Positions 57,923 to 64,000 of a DNA stretch of 64,000 bases are shown in pieces; position 1 is the stretch's first letter, and each line of letters starts with the position of its first letter. The notes below the pieces were generated by a model that did not search any database, was not told the origin of the DNA, and saw only the letters and a list, made by a program, of their open reading frames with translations. The DNA is from Polyangiaceae bacterium (GTDB lineage Bacteria; Myxococcota_A; Polyangia; Polyangiales; Polyangiaceae), in the NCBI GenBank assembly GCA_044376115.1, contig JBILLK010000038.1, positions 1 through 64,000 on the forward strand, read 5' to 3'. Made by a program: the position numbers and the translations under genes.

Positions 57923-58507
57923 ATGAGAACAGAGACCGTGCGCGGCCCGCGCGCGAAGGGGACGTTTTGCGCTAAAATTGGCACCTTCGAGGCGCCGCTC
58001 GCGCAGCAGCTGCACCAGACGGTGCACCGCTTGGCGACCCGAGCCGCCCGCCGCTACCACTGGGTCGGCTACCCGGAGCTCATGCAGTTCGGCTCAGAGC
58101 ACGCCCTCAAGCTCAGCCACCGCTTCGACCCAAGCCGCGCCAGCTTCGGCACCTTCATCTACCGATCCGTCGGCACAGCCATGCGCCGCCGCGCCCACCA
58201 AATACAGAGCGAAGCCGCCCGCTTCGTCCCCGACCTCGTCTCCTGCGACGACCTCCCCGACTACCAAAGCCCCAGCGCCGAACAGCGCGCCCTCGACCTC
58301 GAACGCCACCACGAACTAGCCCGCCAAGTCAGCGCCGCCCTCAGCGACCTCTCAGCCGAAGACCGCGAGATCTTGGTGCGTGTCCTTATTGAGGACCAGA
58401 CGCTCGCCGACGCAGCTCGCGAACTGGGGATTGAGTACAGCGCCGCGCACTATCGATTAAAGATGAACAAGGAGAAGCTGAAGAGGAGGCTGGGGAGACT
58501 GGGGTGA
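57923..58507 (+). CDS. Alternative sigma-70-family factor (regions 2 and 4)
   Basis: RFDPSRASFGTF; LSAEDREIL...TLADAARELG. Confidence 0.8.
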   Translation: MRTETVRGPRAKGTFCAKIGTFEAPLAQQLHQTVHRLATRAARRYHWVGYPELMQFGSEHALKLSHRFDPSRASFGTFIYRSVGTAMRRRAHQIQSEAARFVPDLVSCDDLPDYQSPSAEQRALDLERHHELARQVSAALSDLSAEDREILVRVLIEDQTLADAARELGIEYSAAHYRLKMNKEKLKRRLGRLG

Positions 58508-58594
58508 AGGAGGGCTGGTGGGTAATCGCCTTCGACCTTATGGGTTTGGGAGGCTCAGTCAACCAAGCTCGGTCTCAAAGGCCCACTAAAGGAC

Positions 58595-59674
58595 TTACCA
58601 AAGCCCCTGCACCGTGCCCTGGCCATTGGCGACACCAACCGAAACCGACTCGAGTTCCAGCCCGCCGTGTCGTTTGCGCTCCTTTTGGTCCGTTGCTGGC
58701 TCAAGCATCAAGATTGGCACCAGAATGCCGAACATCGTTCCGATGGATCCGCCAACAAGAACGTCCGCCGCGTGGTGCGCTCCACCCGCAACACGAAGGG
58801 CCCCAACGGTGGTGGTCATGCCCAAGGAGAGTAAGGGGCCAGCGATACCCCATCCAATCGCAGGACCGTAGTCACCGTTCTTCTTGGCGATTTCTAAAAA
58901 GTGGTACTCGAGCATCGTAACGATCGAGCTTGTTGCAGCAGCCGTCATTGATGTGTGGCCAGACGGAAACGAGTGGTACGCATCTGAAGACAGCTGCTCG
59001 TCGACCAAATCGTAACGGTCCTCAGGAGCAGTCTGTTCCAGGGCCGAGCTATCCGCCCATGCAATTGGACGCGGATTTCCGACTGCCACCTTGAGCAGTT
59101 CAGTCGTTAGCATCGTGTATCCGAGACTTGCGGCAAACGTTACAGCGTAGCGGCGCCCCCACAACAGCGAAAGCACGCCGCCTGCGGCGACGTTCCCATA
59201 AAAAAAGCCGTCTGAGATGCCACGAGAGGTGCTGGCGCCATCCCGAGTATACTTATCCGTCGGAACATCTCCGTACAGCCCATGAACAGTGGTTTCTGGT
59301 GTACACAGCTCGTCAAACGCTACCGACTTGCAACGGTCATTGGGGTTGTCGAGCGCACTATCAACAATATTCATGGCCAGGCCTGCGCCAAGGCTCGCCA
59401 ATCCTGCGCCTTCAATGAAATGGCCCCACCCCACGCGGATGCAGAGGGCGTCGTCGTTGTGCAAGCAGCTGTCGAGATCACTCGGCCAAAAGTTGTCTAG
59501 TAGGCTAGCGCGCGGCAGCGGGTGAGGACCGCTCGGTGTCGAACTTGGGGCACCGACGCTGCCTCCTTCTACTTTGGTTACAGCGGGTTCAGCCGCCAAG
59601 CCAAAGGAAGCCGACGTAAGTGTCGCAAACGCAGCGGCAAGACAGGAAAGTATTCTTGTGGCCATTTTACCCAT
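58595..59674 (-). CDS. PAP2-family phosphatase
   Basis: KVAVGNPRP, SFPSGH, RVAGGAHHAADV. Confidence 0.9.
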   Translation of the reverse strand: MGKMATRILSCLAAAFATLTSASFGLAAEPAVTKVEGGSVGAPSSTPSGPHPLPRASLLDNFWPSDLDSCLHNDDALCIRVGWGHFIEGAGLASLGAGLAMNIVDSALDNPNDRCKSVAFDELCTPETTVHGLYGDVPTDKYTRDGASTSRGISDGFFYGNVAAGGVLSLLWGRRYAVTFAASLGYTMLTTELLKVAVGNPRPIAWADSSALEQTAPEDRYDLVDEQLSSDAYHSFPSGHTSMTAAATSSIVTMLEYHFLEIAKKNGDYGPAIGWGIAGPLLSLGMTTTVGALRVAGGAHHAADVLVGGSIGTMFGILVPILMLEPATDQKERKRHGGLELESVSVGVANGQGTVQGLW

Positions 59675-60109
59675 CACCAACGCCTCCGCGGCTCCTTCTC
59701 TAGGCAGGCTCAAGCCATTGTCAGATCAACGGCAATGGCGCACGAGACCCATTCACTATCGGCAGCTGGGCGTCCTCCGGCTCTGCACGCTGCAAAGTCA
59801 CAAAAGAACGTAGCCCACCCTAGTAGACTCGCTTCAAGGCAGAGATTCATACCTATCTTCGATACAGCCCAGTGACTCTTCACGCCTCAATCCCTAGGCG
59901 TCTATAGTCATTTGTGCACAGCCAGAAACGCGGCACTCTACAGCCAAAAAGCTTCCTTTTTGCATACTAGACACCTAACAGCTTGACCGGCGCTCCGACA
60001 AGCTGACGGCAAACCACTACGACAGTTTACATATTAGAACCATGAGCAATGCCATAGTGTGTAGTTGAACGGGATGCCGTTGCCCTAAGGTAAGTTCTAC
60101 AGCTCCTCC

Positions 60110-60140
60110 TTGACCCTCCCCCAAGGGGAGACCGCAGGCT
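60110..60140 (+). promoter_or_regulatory. MerR-type promoter/operator
   Basis: TTGACC, 19-bp spacer containing the dyad CTCCCC-CAA-GGGGAG, then CAGGCT; a MerR gene is adjacent. Confidence 0.7.
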
Positions 60141-60157
60141 TCTCTTTGGAGGTCTCC

Positions 60158-60574
60158 ATGGTCGAAGGAAGTTGTCTGTGCGGTAAGGTTCGTTATGAGG
60201 TTGATGGCGCGTTTGTCGAAGCGCATCACTGCCACTGCTCGCGCTGTCGTAAGGCGCACGGGGCGGCGTTCGCTACGTACGCTTGCACGCCGGCGAGCGG
60301 GTTCCGCTTCGTGGCGGGCGAGGCGGAGCTGACGAGCTATCGGTCGTCGCCGCCGGTTCGGCGTACGTTTTGCCGCGTCTGCGGCTCGAGTCTGTTCTTT
60401 CAGCATGACGCCGTGGCCGAGCTGATGTTCGTGGCGGTGGGGACGCTTGACGAGGTCCTGGCGAGCGCGCTCCCGATCGATGCGCACTGCTTTGTTGGTT
60501 CCAAGGCGAGCTGGTGGACGATTCACGACGCGCTCACGCGTCATGAGCAGCAGCGGCCAGAGTTTGGCGGCTGA
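60158..60574 (+). CDS. GFA/CENP-V family protein
   Basis: GSCLCG, CHCSRCRK, RTFCRVCGS; GGAGG RBS. Confidence 0.93.
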   Translation: MVEGSCLCGKVRYEVDGAFVEAHHCHCSRCRKAHGAAFATYACTPASGFRFVAGEAELTSYRSSPPVRRTFCRVCGSSLFFQHDAVAELMFVAVGTLDEVLASALPIDAHCFVGSKASWWTIHDALTRHEQQRPEFGG

Positions 60575-60582
60575 GGCCTGCG

Positions 60583-61398
60583 TTAGCCTGCAATCGGCAG
60601 CACGAGCTCGGTGCGCCGCGCGTCCGGCGGGACGGTGTCCGGATCGTCCAGATAGATCTCGCGCGGAGCTCCCGTGGGCGCGTGCCCTTGTTCGTGGACC
60701 CAGGCTGTTACCGCATGTTGCGCGACGCCGATCTCCTCGTAGGCGCCGACGTGCGTGGTGAAGGCAACGCGCGCTGCGGGGAGCTCGAGGAAGCGCAAGC
60801 CGGCGCGCGCGGCGTCACCCGCGTCGATGCCAAGCGGTGCGTGCACGCACATCTCGAGGATCATCGTGTCGTCGTCCTCGGGCTCGGGCAACAAGCACAG
60901 CGCTGGCTCAGTGACGTGGAGGCTCGCTTCGCGCAAGGCTGCGGACAAGCGGTCGAACAGCGCAAAGCCCGCCTCAACGTGGAGCTCGGGGGTTGTGACC
61001 GTGCGAAGCGAAAGGAGCGCCATGGCGGGCTCGTGGCGAAGCGCGATGGCGTAGGGCAGCACCTCGCCCTCCCGCATCATGCGCTCGACGTAGGACAGCG
61101 CTCGACGCGATCGCGCGAGCTCACGCTCAATGCGGCGCCGCTCCAGATCGAGCCGCTCCGCGAGCGCATGGGGCGCTTTGGCCTCCAAGATGGCTTTGAT
61201 CGTAGGGATGGGCACCTCCAGCGAACGCAGCAGCGATATCGAGATAGCGGTCTTGAGCTGGCTGCGGGCATAGAAGCGATAGCCCGAGCCATCGACCCGT
61301 GCCGGCGGCAGCAGGCCCACCTCATCGTAGTGCCGCAGCGCTTTGATACTGAGCCGGCACGCACGCGCAAAGCGCCCAATGCTGAGTAGGTCGGACAC
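60583..61398 (-). CDS. MerR-family (BmrR-like) regulator with GyrI-like domain
   Basis: SIGRFA...LRHYDEVGLL...GYRFY; HVGAY, REIY, TELVLP. Confidence 0.93.
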   Translation of the reverse strand: MSDLLSIGRFARACRLSIKALRHYDEVGLLPPARVDGSGYRFYARSQLKTAISISLLRSLEVPIPTIKAILEAKAPHALAERLDLERRRIERELARSRRALSYVERMMREGEVLPYAIALRHEPAMALLSLRTVTTPELHVEAGFALFDRLSAALREASLHVTEPALCLLPEPEDDDTMILEMCVHAPLGIDAGDAARAGLRFLELPAARVAFTTHVGAYEEIGVAQHAVTAWVHEQGHAPTGAPREIYLDDPDTVPPDARRTELVLPIAG

Positions 61399-61778
61399 GG
61401 AGCCTCACATGGGTTGGTGGTCGCAGCAGGAGGCTGGGAGTCTAAGCGAGGGTCGCGGCTTCGTCCCGGACCGCAGAGCCTCCTGCCCGCCGTTGCGGTG
61501 CATCACCGACGGTCGCCGGCGCTGCCGCTGCCCGCGGTTGCGACAATGCGGCGCTTGTCACCGTGAGACGGCGCGATGTGTCGCAGCGCGAGCGTGTGCA
61601 CCGGAGCGCGACAGGCCTGGCGCGCCGTTGCCGCCTCGCCTGGGCGCCGATGAGAGCTGCGCCCCTCGTACGATTCCCTCGAAGGGGTCGGTCAGCAGCG
61701 TGCGCTGACGGAGCTGGTGCTCGAGCATGGTGACGCGGCGACTGCCGACGGTCTCGACGACGCAGGGCCTCGTGCGCC

Positions 61779-62774
61779 CTACTCCCCGAGCGCGGCGGCC
61801 AGGTGCGTCGCGAGCTCGGCGCGTGACGTGATGCCGAGCTTGCTCATGGCCAGGCCGAGGTGGCGCGACACGGTAGGCTCGCTCAGGCCGAGCTCGTAGC
61901 CGATGAGCTTAGACGAACGTCCGAGGGCCACGAGGGCGGCGATCTGGGCCTCACGCTGGCTCAGGGCGGTGAGGCGCGCGGCTGCGGGCTCGTTCCGCAT
62001 CGCGATCAGGTAGCGCTTGCCGTCGCTGTCGAAGCGGTCGACGAGCGACCACGTCCCATCCACGAGTCCCTTCCATAGATCGGTGACGCCCGCCGGATCC
62101 TGGTCGCGCCGGCTGCGGGCGCGATCGATCGCGATGGCGGCCTCCCGCAGGGCCTGGGCGGCCAGCGGTTGCGTGGCGTCGCCCGTGGCATGCTCCAGCT
62201 TGCCCGAAGGCGTGAGGACCGCCTCGCCCTCTCCCGCCGCCTTTTTTGCGAGCGCGCGACGTAGTCGCAACGCGGTCGTCGCGTGAATCACCACGTGCTC
62301 GAGCGGCTCGCGCAGCTCGTTCGGGACCGCCTCGACCGTGGACCTTCCCGCGGCGATGGCGCAGCCACGCCCCGAGGCATCGGTGGCCAGGAGGAGCAAG
62401 GAGTCGTTCAGTCCGCCGGCCTGGTATCTGCCCTCGAACGTCGGCGAGGCGGCGAGTGCCTGCGCACCGAACACCTCCGCGAGAGTCGACACCATTTGGT
62501 GCTGACCGGTGAGCGCGCCGCGGAACATATCCGGGCTGAACTCCGCGCTGTTGGCGCGCACGTTTGCTCGCATCTCTTCAGCAACGCCGCGCGCCACGGG
62601 ATCGCTGAAGCGAAGCGCGGTTGGATCCGACGCGTCGACGAACATTCCCATCACGCCGAGGCCGCGCCCGATCAGCGGGAGCAGGCTCTCGAGCAGCGCC
62701 CCCATCCACGCGTCGTCGTCGACGAGATCGGGGCGGTAGACACACTCGATGGCGCCTAAGAAGTCGCGCTTCAT
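61779..62774 (-). CDS. LuxR-type HTH regulator with N-terminal sensor-like region
   Basis: LWKGLVDGTWSLVDRFD; LSQRE...GRSSKLIGYELGLSEPTV. Confidence 0.88.
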   Translation of the reverse strand: MKRDFLGAIECVYRPDLVDDDAWMGALLESLLPLIGRGLGVMGMFVDASDPTALRFSDPVARGVAEEMRANVRANSAEFSPDMFRGALTGQHQMVSTLAEVFGAQALAASPTFEGRYQAGGLNDSLLLLATDASGRGCAIAAGRSTVEAVPNELREPLEHVVIHATTALRLRRALAKKAAGEGEAVLTPSGKLEHATGDATQPLAAQALREAAIAIDRARSRRDQDPAGVTDLWKGLVDGTWSLVDRFDSDGKRYLIAMRNEPAAARLTALSQREAQIAALVALGRSSKLIGYELGLSEPTVSRHLGLAMSKLGITSRAELATHLAAALGE

Positions 62775-63049
62775 GGCAATCCGTTGAAGCGCGCAGCCAG
62801 CTCGACGCGCGAGCCGACCCCCGTCTTCCGAAAAATGGAGGCAAGCTGATTCGAGACCGTGCGGACCGAGGTGTTCCGCCGCTCCGCGATCTCCGCGGTC
62901 GTGAGTCCGCCGACGACCAGGGCGACGACCTCCTGCTCGGCTTCTGTGAGGCATACCGTCGGCAGCGGCCCGAGCGGCGCGCTCAGCACGACGAAATCCA
63001 GGCCTCCCAGCCGAAATGATGAGACTTGCGCTGGTCGAAGTCGCGTCAC
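62771..63049 (-). CDS. Small stand-alone LuxR/GerE HTH protein
   Basis: LTEAEQEV...EIAERRNTSVRTVSNQLASIFRK; ATGA overlap. Confidence 0.88.
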   Translation of the reverse strand: MTRLRPAQVSSFRLGGLDFVVLSAPLGPLPTVCLTEAEQEVVALVVGGLTTAEIAERRNTSVRTVSNQLASIFRKTGVGSRVELAARFNGLP

Positions 63050-63248
63050 ACCCCGACCATCTCACAGGTCTGACTCGAGGCGCAAGGCACGAGCGGAGGC
63101 ACAGGGTGTTGCGGGAGTGGTCGGACGGTGGAGCAGCGCCGCTTGAAGAAATGACCATGGACACAGCGCGCGACGCCCGCCTAACGGGGGGCAACCTCTG
63201 CCGCGGGCGTAGGCGTTCGGATCGAACCGGAAGGGGACCCGCACTGGC

Positions 63249-64000
63249 ATGCTCTGCTCGAATCTCCTCGTCTCGCTGCGCAACGCGCTGTCGCAAGTCG
63301 CGCGCGCTGGCGTCGTTCTCGGTGCGATGGGCGCTGGTATCGCGGCGACGACCTGCGCGTCGCTCGATCGCCCGACGCCCCCGTGGCTCCTCGTGAGCGT
63401 CTTCGCGCTAGTGCTCCCGAGCTACGGCATCGATCGGCTCCGTGACGCCTCGGCGGACGCCGTCGCACACCCCGAACGCGCGGCGCTGTATGAGGGCCGT
63501 CGCGAGGCGCTCACTGCGCTCTACCTTGCGTGCTTCGGCGTCGCGCTACTCGCTGCGTCGACTGCGGGAGCGTGGGCGGTGGCCGCGGTGATGGCCTTTC
63601 CCTTCTCCGTGGTGCTCTACGTGGTACCGATGCTGCCCGCGCGGTTCACGATGCGTCGGCTGAAGGACATCCCCTATGGCAAGGGCGTATACACGGCGCT
63701 CTGCTGGGGCGCGCTGGCCCCGCTAGCGGCGCGCTGGAGCGGGGCGCAGGTCGATGGGCGCGTTGCAGCGCTCGCATTGCTGGCCGCCGGATCGATCTGG
63801 ATCACCACCGTCGTCTGCGACTTGAAGGACCTCCTCGCTGACCGCGCGGCGGGAGTCCGTACGCTGCCCGTGAGGCTCGGGCGCGCGCGTACCCTCGCGG
63901 TGCTGCGGGCCGTGAACCTTGCGACCACCGCCCTAGGAGTGGGTCTACCGGCACTGCAGCTGACCACCTCCGCAGCGGCCAGCGCGGCGCTCGTTACGGG
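63249..64000 (+). CDS. UbiA-family prenyltransferase (partial, runs off window; absent from the ORF track)
   Basis: Manual translation from ATG 63249: YGIDRLRD...HPER, RLKDIP, DLKDLLADRAAGVRTLPV, with multiple TM segments. Confidence 0.88.
   Translation, partial: MLCSNLLVSLRNALSQVARAGVVLGAMGAGIAATTCASLDRPTPPWLLVSVFALVLPSYGIDRLRDASADAVAHPERAALYEGRREALTALYLACFGVALLAASTAGAWAVAAVMAFPFSVVLYVVPMLPARFTMRRLKDIPYGKGVYTALCWGALAPLAARWSGAQVDGRVAALALLAAGSIWITTVVCDLKDLLADRAAGVRTLPVRLGRARTLAVLRAVNLATTALGVGLPALQLTTSAAASAALVT

Noticed and set aside
57247..57975. Short ORFs across the array
   Set aside because: They are translations of the repeat; the mostly 41-42-bp period keeps shifting frame.
59720..60100. 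tRNA or ncRNA in the AT-rich gap
   Set aside because: No cloverleaf, T-loop consensus or recognisable riboswitch was seen by eye; an Rfam/tRNAscan search would be needed to exclude one.

Overview
GC-rich bacterial window whose gene content (Cys/Gly-rich lipoproteins, DUF1592/DUF1552 pair, Ser/Thr kinase next to an ECF-like sigma factor) suggests a myxobacterium; this is inference only. All family calls come from motifs read by eye, not from database searches. The window opens with the right end of an IS21-family element, then a short degenerate repeat tract and a four-gene candidate defence cassette (HEPN-like protein, SF2 helicase-HNH, DEDDh exonuclease, and a protein with a Tudor-like domain and three internal repeats) that abuts a truncated methyltransferase-like fragment. 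The middle holds accessory genes: a P450 with an atypical I-helix, a TonB-receptor/His-rich lipoprotein metal-uptake locus with a repeated TGCAAY-N3-RTTGCA operator, a Cu-monooxygenase-like gene and a MarR-protoglobin pair. About 44-60 kb looks like a defence island. It contains a type I R-M system with an ADP-ribosyltransferase-like gene, a small partner gene and an antisense HTH gene inserted between hsdR and hsdM; an IrrE/ImmA-DUF4411 pair; and a 13-unit, ~41.5-bp phased palindromic repeat array upstream of an uncharacterised helical protein. No rRNA, tRNA or CRISPR-Cas was recognised.
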